Translations under genes and position numbers: made by a program
Origin: Trichlorobacter lovleyi SZ
GTDB taxonomy: Bacteria > Desulfobacterota > Desulfuromonadia > Geobacterales > Pseudopelobacteraceae
DNA length: 32,000 nucleotides
NCBI RefSeq assembly: GCF_000020385.1
Contig: NC_010814.1
Span: 2,880,001 to 2,912,000, forward strand
Reading direction: 5' to 3'
Shown here: positions 9,653 through 17,209 of the stretch, piece by piece
Position numbering within the stretch: position 1 is the stretch's first letter
Layout of the letters: each line of letters opens with the position of its first letter
Notes under the pieces: generated by a model
The model's database searches: none
The model's input: only the letters and a program-made list of their open reading frames with translations
Told to the model about the DNA's origin: nothing

Positions 9653-9681
9653 ACTATACGCTATCTGGCTTTTATTTTGAA
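9653..9681 (-). promoter_or_regulatory. Candidate ssrA promoter (-35 TTCAAA, 17 nt, -10 TATAGT), largely inside the 3' end of smpB.
   Basis: Minus-strand TTCAAA = 9681..9676 and TATAGT = 9658..9653. It lies about 24 nt upstream of the mature tmRNA 5' end, consistent with a short RNase P-processed leader. Confidence 0.3.
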
Positions 9682-10116
9682 CTCTTTTGCATGCTCACGC
9701 TTCAGATCCTTCTTTTTAAGATCTTCCCGCTTGTCATGCAGCTTCTTGCCTTTGGCCACGCCGACCTCAACCTTGACCTTGCCTTCCTTAAAGTACAACC
9801 GCAACGGCACAGCGGTACAGCCGTCCTGCCGGATTCGGGCGTGCAGTTTTTCGATCTCCCGGCTATGCAGCAGTAACTTGCGCTGCCGCTCAGGATCATG
9901 GTTCTGGCGGTTGCCGAAATCGTAGGGGGCAATATGCAGGTTATGCAGCCAGGCCTCACCGTTGCGTACCAGTACAAAGGCATCTACCAGGTTAGCTTTT
10001 CCGGCCCGCAGGGACTTCACCTCAGTCCCGACCAGGACGATTCCGGCCTCCAGACGCTCTTCAATATGATACTCGTGAAAGGCCCGTTTGTTTGCGCAGA
10101 TAAGTTTCTCAGACAT
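9661..10116 (-). CDS. smpB: SsrA-binding protein SmpB.
   Basis: The track ORF extends to 10236. The conserved SmpB sequence starts at the ATG at 10116 (MSEKLICANKRAFHEYHIEERLEAGIVLVGTEVKSLR...), giving 151 aa with a basic C-terminal tail. Confidence 0.95.
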   Translation of the reverse strand: MSEKLICANKRAFHEYHIEERLEAGIVLVGTEVKSLRAGKANLVDAFVLVRNGEAWLHNLHIAPYDFGNRQNHDPERQRKLLLHSREIEKLHARIRQDGCTAVPLRLYFKEGKVKVEVGVAKGKKLHDKREDLKKKDLKREHAKEFKIKAR

Positions 10117-10200
10117 GATGTTCAGACTGTAGCAGACCGTAGAGAAAAAGGGAATGCCGGAAACGTTGCATAAATGTTGCCTTGCGCCTTCCCTCTTCAG

Positions 10201-10229
10201 TTGACAAGCGTTGATGTGGAGACTATACA
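10201..10229 (+). promoter_or_regulatory. Candidate sigma70 promoter of corA (-35 TTGACA, 17 nt, -10 TATACA).
   Basis: TTGACA at 10201-10206 and TATACA at 10224-10229, about 50 nt upstream of the corA ATG. RBS AGGAGG at 10266-10271. Confidence 0.45.
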
Positions 10230-10280
10230 AAAACACTTGGCATTTGGCCTGTTACAGAGTCTATTCAGGAGGTTTTCGCC

Positions 10281-11234
10281 ATGATCAAGGTGTATTACAA
10301 CTCAAATGGTGTCATTTCAAGCCACCTGATCAGTGGTGACGAGATTGATCTGATAGAATCCAAGCAGTTGATCTGGGTTGATATGCTTTCCCCCAGCATG
10401 ACTGAGGTCAGCGAACTTGACAAAAAGCTGGGACTTGACCTGCCGACCCGTCAGGAGGCTGAAGAGATCGAGTTTTCTGCCCGCTACTGGGAAGACGAGT
10501 ACGGTATCACGATCAACACCTATTTTCTGGTGAAGCAGGGTGCTACCGCCAGTAACGAGTCGGTTTCTTTCACCCTGAAAGACAATTTCGTTATCACCAT
10601 CCGTTTTATTGAACTGCCGGTTTTCGGCGATTTCAATCGCAAACTGCTGCTCAACCCCAGCCATTATACCGATGGCGCCAGAGTGATGGGGGGCATACTT
10701 GAAATGCGCATTGAAGACGATGCCGATACCCTGGAGGCGGTCTCCCGCGAAATAGCCAGCATTGCACGGCTCAATCCCAGCAACTTTGACGATACCAAGA
10801 AATTTCTTTCCTACATGGCTGATTTTGAGGCCACCAATATCACCATCCGGGAAAACCTGACCGACAAGCAGCGGGTTTTGTCCTCTCTGCTGAAAAGCGG
10901 CAAAATCCCAAGCGCCCTGAAAAGTGACTTCAGCATTATGATCAAGGACGTTAACTCCCTGGTCACCACGGCCAACTTCAACTTTGAACGGCTTGACTAC
11001 CTGCAGAACCTGTTCCTTAACTTCCTGAGCATTGAACAGAACAAGGTGATCAAGATCTTCACCGTGATGTCGGTGATCTTCCTGCCGCCGACCCTGATCG
11101 CCAGCATCTACGGTATGAACTTCAAATATCTGCCGGAACTGGATCTTGCTTTCGGCTATCCGCTGGCGCTTTGCATGATCGTCATTTCTGCTGTGCTGCC
11201 GCTCTACATCTTTAAACGCAAAGGGTGGCTGTAA
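10281..11234 (+). CDS. corA: CorA-family Mg2+/Co2+ transporter.
   Basis: 317 aa. Two C-terminal TM helices with the signature YGMNF (IASIYGMNFKYLPEL). Confidence 0.93.
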   Translation: MIKVYYNSNGVISSHLISGDEIDLIESKQLIWVDMLSPSMTEVSELDKKLGLDLPTRQEAEEIEFSARYWEDEYGITINTYFLVKQGATASNESVSFTLKDNFVITIRFIELPVFGDFNRKLLLNPSHYTDGARVMGGILEMRIEDDADTLEAVSREIASIARLNPSNFDDTKKFLSYMADFEATNITIRENLTDKQRVLSSLLKSGKIPSALKSDFSIMIKDVNSLVTTANFNFERLDYLQNLFLNFLSIEQNKVIKIFTVMSVIFLPPTLIASIYGMNFKYLPELDLAFGYPLALCMIVISAVLPLYIFKRKGWL

Positions 11235-11266
11235 TTCCGGTTACGCCCGCAAAAAGGAACACCCCT

Positions 11267-13969
11267 ATGCCTGTGCACCCGATTTCAGCTGCTGCCATCT
11301 TTTCTGCCGGAGATCAGCGCAGCTTTGAAGAACAACGCCCCGAGATACTTGAGGCATGTAAACAGTTTATAACTTCTTCCCATGAAGAGATCCGCCAGCG
11401 CCATGCCGCCGGAGCAAGCGGAACCGAGGTGGTCCATCAACTTTCAGCGGTCATGGATGCCATGGTTTCCACGTTGTTCAACGGCATTCTGGGGCTGATG
11501 GGTGCTGACGGCAAACGCCTGACCGGCCATCTGACCCTGGCTGCGGTGGGTGGCTATGGCCGCGGCGAACTCAACCCTTATTCCGATGTGGATATCATGT
11601 TCCTGCACGACGGCAGTGTGCCGGTGGAGGCGGTTGAGGCCTTTGCCCAGAAGCTGCTCTACTTCCTGTGGGACCTGCGCCTGGATGTGGGCTATTCGGT
11701 GCGTACCCCGGCCGATTGTGTAGAGATGGCAGCCCAGGACACCACCATCAAAACCGCCCTGATCGACTGCCGTTATCTAGCCGGTCATCAGCCGCTCTTC
11801 GCAACCCTGCGCAAGACGGTCTACTCCCAGATCCTGCCCAAGGCCAGCGACAAATTCATCAAGGAAAAGATCGCGGAGATGCGGCGGCGGCGGGATAAAT
11901 ACGGTGCCACCATCTATCTGCTGGAACCAAACATCAAAGAGGGAGAAGGCGGCCTGCGCGACCTGCAGACCGCGCTCTGGGTGGCCCAGGTCAAGTACAA
12001 GTTCGACAACCCCAAGGAGCTGGTTATCAAAGGGGTACTGTCCGAGGCGGAGCTGGAAGTTTACCACTCAGCCCTGGATCACCTCTGGCGGATGCGTAAC
12101 GAACTGCATTTCCATACCCGCAGAAAATCAGACCAGATGAACTTTGACCTGCAGGTTCACCTTGCCACATTCCTGGGATACAAGGATCGCGGCAAGGTGC
12201 TGGCGGTGGAAGATTTTATGCGGGATTACTACCGCCATGCGGCGCGGGTGGAGCATTTTTCCTCCACCCTCACCTCACGCTGCGTCTGGCGTGATGAAGG
12301 TGCGGCAAAAATCCTGGGCTACTTTGTACGGCGTCCGGTGGGAAACGGCTGCTTCGTACTCAAAGGCGAGCTGGTTATTCCGGATGAATCGATCATCGAC
12401 AAGAACCCGGCGGTACTGATGCAGATCTTTGAGCTGGCCCAGAAACACGGGGTCACGCTGAATATCCGGGTCAAATGGCTGATCAGGCGTTCCCTGCACC
12501 TGATCAACGACAAATTCAGGCGCAATCGCGAGGTCAACCAATCCTTCCTCAACATCCTGCGTTCTGAAAAAGGGATGGCCGACACCCTGCGCCTGATGCA
12601 TCACCTGGAGTTTCTGAACGAATACATCCCCGAGTTTGAGCATATCTACTGCAAGGTACAGCATGACCTGTATCATATCTACACCGTGGATATACATACC
12701 CTGTTTGCTGTTGAGCAGATGGAAAAAATCCTGAGTGGAGAGTTAAAAAAAGAGCTGCCGTTGCCCTGTGCAATTGCCCGTCAGATCGGCAAACGGGAAC
12801 TGCTGATTCTGTCGATCCTGTTCCACGACATCGGCAAGGGTGAGGGAGGCGGCCACGCCGACAAGGGGGCCGACATGATCCCCACCATTGCCCGGCGGAT
12901 GGGACTTTCCAAAGAGGATAGCGAGCGACTGGAGTTTCTGGTGCGCCAGCACCTGGTATTTGCCCATATTTCCCAACGCCGTGACCTGACTGACGAACGG
13001 ATGATCATGCAGTTTGCCCGCCAGATGGTCACCAGCGAAAACCTGAAGATGCTGTTTCTGTTGACCATTGCCGATGTACGGGCAGTCGGATCAGATGTCT
13101 GGACCACCTGGAAGGCGATGCTGTTCAACGAACTGTACGAGAAGGCGTTCAACATCCTTGAGCGGGGTGACTTCAGGCTTGAGGCCGGCACGGAACGGGT
13201 TCGCAGCGTCCGGCGCAAGGTGCGAGAGATGGTGGAGTACGATATCCCTGCCGCCGTTGCCCGGGAAGAGTTGCGCGCCCTGCCGACCCGCTACCTGCTG
13301 TCGGCACCGTTGCAGACCATTGCCGACCACCTGCACCTGCTGGTGCAGCTGAATGACAAGGATCTGGTCATGCAGGTTCAGCATGAGCAGGAAAGCGGTT
13401 TCTCCAGCTTCACCATCTGCACCTTTGACACCCATGGCCTGTTTTCCAAGATAACCGGCGTCATGGCCGCCAACGGCATCAACATCCTGGGCGCCCAGAT
13501 CTTCACCGGCAAAAACGGCAAGATCCTGGATATCCTGCAGGTCAACTCTGCCCAGGGTTTCCTGATTACCGATGCAGCCCGCTGGCAGAAAGTGGAAGCA
13601 GACATGGCAGATGTCCTGCACGGAACGGTACAGGTCTCTGATCTGGTGCACAGGCGTCAACGCCCCACCCTGCTGCCGGCCAAATCGGCCCGCCACTTCC
13701 CGACCCGGATCGAGATCGACAACGAGGTCTCGGACGAGTACACCGTCATCGACATCTATGCCCATGACAAGGTGGGGCTGCTCTACCTGATCACCAGCAC
13801 CATCAACCAACTGGGGCTGTATATCGGCGTATCCAAGATCTCCACCAAGGTGGATCAGGTGGCAGACGTCTTCTATGTACGGGACATCTTCGGCCACAAG
13901 ATATTTGCTGAAGACAAACTGGAAGAGATCCGCACCAGCCTGTCCTGGGCCATTGATGACTGGCAATGA
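11267..13969 (+). CDS. glnD: [Protein-PII] uridylyltransferase / uridylyl-removing enzyme.
   Basis: The track ORF starts at GTG 11225. I prefer the ATG at 11267 (AAGGA upstream). Nucleotidyltransferase motif GGYGRGELNPYSDVDIMFL, HD domain LFHDIGKGEGGGHADKG, and two C-terminal ACT-like repeats. Confidence 0.95.
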   Translation: MPVHPISAAAIFSAGDQRSFEEQRPEILEACKQFITSSHEEIRQRHAAGASGTEVVHQLSAVMDAMVSTLFNGILGLMGADGKRLTGHLTLAAVGGYGRGELNPYSDVDIMFLHDGSVPVEAVEAFAQKLLYFLWDLRLDVGYSVRTPADCVEMAAQDTTIKTALIDCRYLAGHQPLFATLRKTVYSQILPKASDKFIKEKIAEMRRRRDKYGATIYLLEPNIKEGEGGLRDLQTALWVAQVKYKFDNPKELVIKGVLSEAELEVYHSALDHLWRMRNELHFHTRRKSDQMNFDLQVHLATFLGYKDRGKVLAVEDFMRDYYRHAARVEHFSSTLTSRCVWRDEGAAKILGYFVRRPVGNGCFVLKGELVIPDESIIDKNPAVLMQIFELAQKHGVTLNIRVKWLIRRSLHLINDKFRRNREVNQSFLNILRSEKGMADTLRLMHHLEFLNEYIPEFEHIYCKVQHDLYHIYTVDIHTLFAVEQMEKILSGELKKELPLPCAIARQIGKRELLILSILFHDIGKGEGGGHADKGADMIPTIARRMGLSKEDSERLEFLVRQHLVFAHISQRRDLTDERMIMQFARQMVTSENLKMLFLLTIADVRAVGSDVWTTWKAMLFNELYEKAFNILERGDFRLEAGTERVRSVRRKVREMVEYDIPAAVAREELRALPTRYLLSAPLQTIADHLHLLVQLNDKDLVMQVQHEQESGFSSFTICTFDTHGLFSKITGVMAANGINILGAQIFTGKNGKILDILQVNSAQGFLITDAARWQKVEADMADVLHGTVQVSDLVHRRQRPTLLPAKSARHFPTRIEIDNEVSDEYTVIDIYAHDKVGLLYLITSTINQLGLYIGVSKISTKVDQVADVFYVRDIFGHKIFAEDKLEEIRTSLSWAIDDWQ

Positions 13970-14853
13970 ACCGCTTTCTCGACCTGTTCCTGGCCTGGCT
14001 GACCGTGGAAAAAGGCCTGTCTGCCAACACCCGCAGTGCCTATGCCGCTGACCTGGGGCGCTACCTGGATTATCTGGAGCGGCTGCAGAGGGACACTCCG
14101 GACAGCATCCAGCCATCCGACATTGCCGAATTTCTTGGCAAAGAACGGGAACGGGGTCTGGCCCCCCGCAGTCGGGCCAGGCTGCTCTCCGCCATCAGGA
14201 TGCTCCACCGCTTCCTCTTGATCGAACGTTATGCCGTCACCAACCCCTCAGCCATCATTGAAGCCCCCCGCCCCCTGAAAAAGCTGCCGACGTTCCTGAG
14301 CATGGCTGAGGTTGACAGGCTGTTGGGGGCAACGCACGGCAGCCGTTCCGAAGATATCCGCGACCGGGCCATGCTGGAACTGCTCTATGCCACCGGCCTG
14401 CGGGTTTCGGAGCTGGTAAACCTGAAACAGCGTGAAGTAAACCTGGAGATCGGCTATCTGATGACCATCGGCAAGGGCAACAAGGAACGGCTGATACCGA
14501 TCGGCGCCGCCGCCTGCCACCGGGTGGCCGACTATCTGGAACAAGTGCGCAGCAAGCAGGACCCGGAAGGGCTCCAGCCTCAGCTCTTTCTCTCCCGCCT
14601 GGGCGAGGCCATGACCCGTCAGGCCTTCTGGAACATCATCAAAAAGCGTGCGCTGCTGGCCGGTGTCCGCACCAGCATCTCCCCCCACACCCTGCGCCAC
14701 TCCTTTGCCACCCACCTGCTGGCGAACGGTGCCGACCTGCGCAGCGTCCAGATCATGCTGGGCCATGCCGACCTCTCCACCACCCAGATTTATACCCATG
14801 TCACCCGTGAGCGTCTGAAACAGCTGCATCGGGAACTGCACCCACGGGGATAG
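13966..14853 (+). CDS. xerD: Tyrosine site-specific recombinase XerD.
   Basis: 295 aa. Catalytic signature ATGLRVSEL...HTLRHSFATHLL...LGHADLSTTQIYTHV. ATGA overlap with the glnD stop. Confidence 0.88.
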   Translation: MNRFLDLFLAWLTVEKGLSANTRSAYAADLGRYLDYLERLQRDTPDSIQPSDIAEFLGKERERGLAPRSRARLLSAIRMLHRFLLIERYAVTNPSAIIEAPRPLKKLPTFLSMAEVDRLLGATHGSRSEDIRDRAMLELLYATGLRVSELVNLKQREVNLEIGYLMTIGKGNKERLIPIGAAACHRVADYLEQVRSKQDPEGLQPQLFLSRLGEAMTRQAFWNIIKKRALLAGVRTSISPHTLRHSFATHLLANGADLRSVQIMLGHADLSTTQIYTHVTRERLKQLHRELHPRG

Positions 14854-14883
14854 TCAACTATTCCAGGATGTTTCACGTCTGCC

Positions 14884-14913
14884 TTGCCACAGACATAGAT
14901 AATCCTGTATAAA
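14884..14913 (+). promoter_or_regulatory. Candidate promoter of the MBL-fold hydrolase gene (-35 TTGCCA, 18 nt, -10 TATAAA).
   Basis: TTGCCA at 14884-14889 and TATAAA at 14908-14913. The -10 ends only 7 nt before the ATG at 14921, and no Shine-Dalgarno is visible. Confidence 0.3.
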
Positions 14914-14920
14914 CATTCGA

Positions 14921-15691
14921 ATGAAAATCTGTTCACTGGCCAGCGGCAGCAAAGGGAACTGCCTCTTCATTGAGACAGGCGGTGTCCGTCTGCTGATTGA
15001 TGCAGGTTTGTCACTGAAGGAGATCACAACCCGCCTGACAGACTCGGCACTAGACCCGGAGTCTATCCATGCTGTTCTGGTCACCCATGAACATATTGAT
15101 CATATCCGCAGCGCCGGTTCCTTTGCACGACGCTACAAGGTACCGGTGCTGGTCAGCTACGCGACCCGTCAGGCAGCTGAACGCTATCTGCAGAAGACAC
15201 AGCTGGTGGAGTTTGAAACCGGCTATTCCTTTAGCTTTCGTAATATCATGATTGATCCGTTTCCGGTATCCCATGACTGTTGTGATCCGGTCGGGTTTGT
15301 GCTTGAATCCCGCGAGGGGCGGACAGGATCGGCCACGGATCTGGGGATTGTCACCCGCCTGGTGCGGGAGAAGCTGAAGGGCTGCCGGACCCTGAACCTG
15401 GAATCGAACCATGACCCGGAAATGCTGTTGAACGGCCCATACCCCTGGAACCTGAAGCAGCGGATAAAATCACGCCATGGCCACCTCTCCAACCAGGAAT
15501 CGCTGGAGCTGCTGCATGACCTGGCCCACGAAGGGCTTGAAGCGCTGGTGATGGCGCACCTCTCTGAGGTAAACAACCACCCGGACAAGGTGGTTGAGAC
15601 AACAACGGCATTTTTACGGGACCAGAACTGTTGCGCACCGCAGATCGTGATCGGCGACCAGTACCAGGCCGGACCGGTAATAGAGCTATAG
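14921..15691 (+). CDS. MBL-fold metallo-hydrolase (YycJ/WalJ-like).
   Basis: 256 aa. Beta-lactamase-fold metal motif VTHEHIDHIRSAG, plus downstream SHD and SRHGHLSN motifs. Confidence 0.88.
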   Translation: MKICSLASGSKGNCLFIETGGVRLLIDAGLSLKEITTRLTDSALDPESIHAVLVTHEHIDHIRSAGSFARRYKVPVLVSYATRQAAERYLQKTQLVEFETGYSFSFRNIMIDPFPVSHDCCDPVGFVLESREGRTGSATDLGIVTRLVREKLKGCRTLNLESNHDPEMLLNGPYPWNLKQRIKSRHGHLSNQESLELLHDLAHEGLEALVMAHLSEVNNHPDKVVETTTAFLRDQNCCAPQIVIGDQYQAGPVIEL

Positions 15692-15730
15692 CAGGTCGTT
15701 GAAAATCGGCTCGATTTGAGTCCGTTCCAG

Positions 15731-15748
15731 TCAGCCGGCTGATTTTTT
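15731..15748 (+). terminator. Palindrome TCAGCCGGCTGA followed by TTTTTT. Weak terminator-like hairpin, either inside the IS left end or the native terminator of the MBL gene.
   Basis: Perfect 12-nt palindrome at 15731-15742 and T6 at 15743-15748. The stem is short once a loop is allowed. Confidence 0.3.
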
Positions 15749-15849
15749 AAGTTTGCTTCGCTGTTCAGATGTCGCTGTTTTCGGTTGTGTTGCTCTTTTT
15801 CAACTTTATTTGCCTATGCTTGATGCACCCCAAGGCCGATTTGCCGCTC

Positions 15850-16932
15850 TCAGGTGACACCGAGCCCCAGGTTTTTCATGCGTACCAGGTTGTAGGCCGC
15901 TGCATGGAGATCAAGCTGCCAGGCAATCTTCTCAATGCCTCGATACATGGTCTTTCTCAGTCTGCCGATGGTCTTCATCCAGCCAAAGCCTTCCTCGATC
16001 CGTTTTCTGATCCTTTGGCTTATGCTGTAATTCGGATGAGCGGTGGTTCTGCCATCAATGCCTGATTTCCTTCTGGTGTTGTTCTGAGCCACATGCGGCG
16101 TGACGTTGATTTGCCTGAGCTCTTTGACAAAGCCTTCGGTGTCGTATCCTTTGTCTGCACCGACGGTGATACGCCGGGTAGTACGAGGCAATTGTCTGAT
16201 CATGGCCTTGGCGGCTTCACGCTCTCCGGTACCGGTTGCCGTGGTGACGCTGGTCTTGACGATCAGACCGTTTCTATTCTCCATCAAGGTGTGTCCCTGG
16301 TAGCAGAGCTTGGCCTCTTTGGTGTTGCCCTTGCGGTACAGTCTGGCGTTTGGATCAGTGCTGGAAGAATGAGTGTCGTTTTTGAGTTGTTTGCCTTTGA
16401 AATCAACTGATTTATTTTTGCCACCACCGGCAGATGGCGGACCGTCTTTGGGCTTGAAGCTCTTGATGGAGGCCCATGCCTCAATCAAGGTGCCGTCAAC
16501 GGTGAAGTGCTCTCGGGACAGGAGACGCTTGCGCTCTGCCTGAGCAAGGATACGGGATAGAAACTCTGCGGCCACATCAGAGCCAATTAACCGTTCATGG
16601 TTCTTAGTGAAGCTGGAGTGATCCCAGATTTCATCATCCAGTCCCATGCCAAGGAACCAGCGGTACAGGAAGTTGTAGCGGATCTGCTCTACCAGTTGCC
16701 GGTTACTGCGGATGCTGAACAGTATCATCAGCAGTTGTGCTTTCAGCAGCTTCTCCGGGGCAATGGAAGAACGACCGGAATCGGCATACATGCTGTCAAA
16801 GAGCGGGCTCATCTCGGAAAGTGCCTGATCAGCCATACTGCGAATAGCACGCAGGGGATGATCCTTGGGTACAAATGACTCAGGCGTCACATAGGCAAAA
16901 AGAGCTTCATTCTGGACATCAGTTCCGCGCAT
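15850..16932 (-). CDS. IS5-family DDE transposase (InsH-type N-terminal domain plus DDE domain).
   Basis: The track ORF starts at TTG 16944. I prefer the ATG at 16932 (GAGGA 6 nt upstream), giving 360 aa. Sequence ...LRAIRSMADQALSEMSPLFDSMY...LLMILFSIRSNRQLVEQIRYNFLYRWFLG...FTVDGTLIEAWAS...LMENRNGLIV...VGADKGYD...IEEGFGWMK... is typical of IS5-family transposases. Confidence 0.93.
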   Translation of the reverse strand: MRGTDVQNEALFAYVTPESFVPKDHPLRAIRSMADQALSEMSPLFDSMYADSGRSSIAPEKLLKAQLLMILFSIRSNRQLVEQIRYNFLYRWFLGMGLDDEIWDHSSFTKNHERLIGSDVAAEFLSRILAQAERKRLLSREHFTVDGTLIEAWASIKSFKPKDGPPSAGGGKNKSVDFKGKQLKNDTHSSSTDPNARLYRKGNTKEAKLCYQGHTLMENRNGLIVKTSVTTATGTGEREAAKAMIRQLPRTTRRITVGADKGYDTEGFVKELRQINVTPHVAQNNTRRKSGIDGRTTAHPNYSISQRIRKRIEEGFGWMKTIGRLRKTMYRGIEKIAWQLDLHAAAYNLVRMKNLGLGVT

Positions 16933-17038
16933 AACTTTCCTCAATCAAACCGGAGTGTTGTGCGCACAAATATACTAAAAAAAGGCTGTTTTTACTACTT
17001 CAATTTCAACAGCCTGATAGGAAACCAACAAAGCACTG

Positions 17039-17134
17039 GCACGCGGATAAAATCTGATTTTGGCGGATTTGCACGGATTGTAAAATAGGTATCAAGAATC
17101 TGCGTAAATCCACTTAATCCGTGTCATCCGCGTT
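17039..17134. repeat. Imperfect 96-bp palindromic element built from CGGAT(T/A) motifs.
   Basis: Plus-strand copies: aCGCGGATaa (17041), gGCGGATtt (17063), gCACGGATtg (17071). Minus-strand copies: ATCCGCG (17126-17132), AATCCGTG (17117-17124), AAATCCAC (17107-17114), AATCTGCG (17097-17104). The outer arms ACGCGGAT (17041-17048) and ATCCGCGT (17126-17133) are perfectly complementary. The inner arms 17062-17079 and 17096-17113 match at 13 of 18 positions. Confidence 0.55.
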
Positions 17135-17209
17135 CTATCATCATGGTTTTTAATCAAAACTCATACATCACTTGAAGCAGCATTAAATACAATACAGGAG
17201 CTTTACCCC

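Larger units (their letters stand above)
15692..17015 (-). mobile_element. IS5-family insertion sequence (about 1.32 kb) with tentative ends.
   Basis: Left end CAGGTCGTTGAAA (15692-15704) matches the reverse complement of the right end, CAGGCTGTTGAAA (17015..17003), at 11 of 13 positions. The element is flanked by the direct repeat ATAG at 15688-15691 and 17016-17019. It encloses a single DDE transposase gene. Confidence 0.6.

Noticed and set aside
9446-9925. A 159-aa plus-strand ORF, plus other small ORFs at 9117..9341 and 8957..9274.
   Set aside because: It overlaps the tmRNA gene and smpB on the opposite strand. The other two lie across the ssrA terminator and glpK promoter region. None has an RBS or protein-like features.
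13966-17015. xerD plus the IS element read as a mobile cassette or integrative module.
   Set aside because: XerD has the standard housekeeping recombinase signature and is ATGA-coupled to glnD. The IS has its own DDE transposase and apparent target duplication. Nothing links the two.
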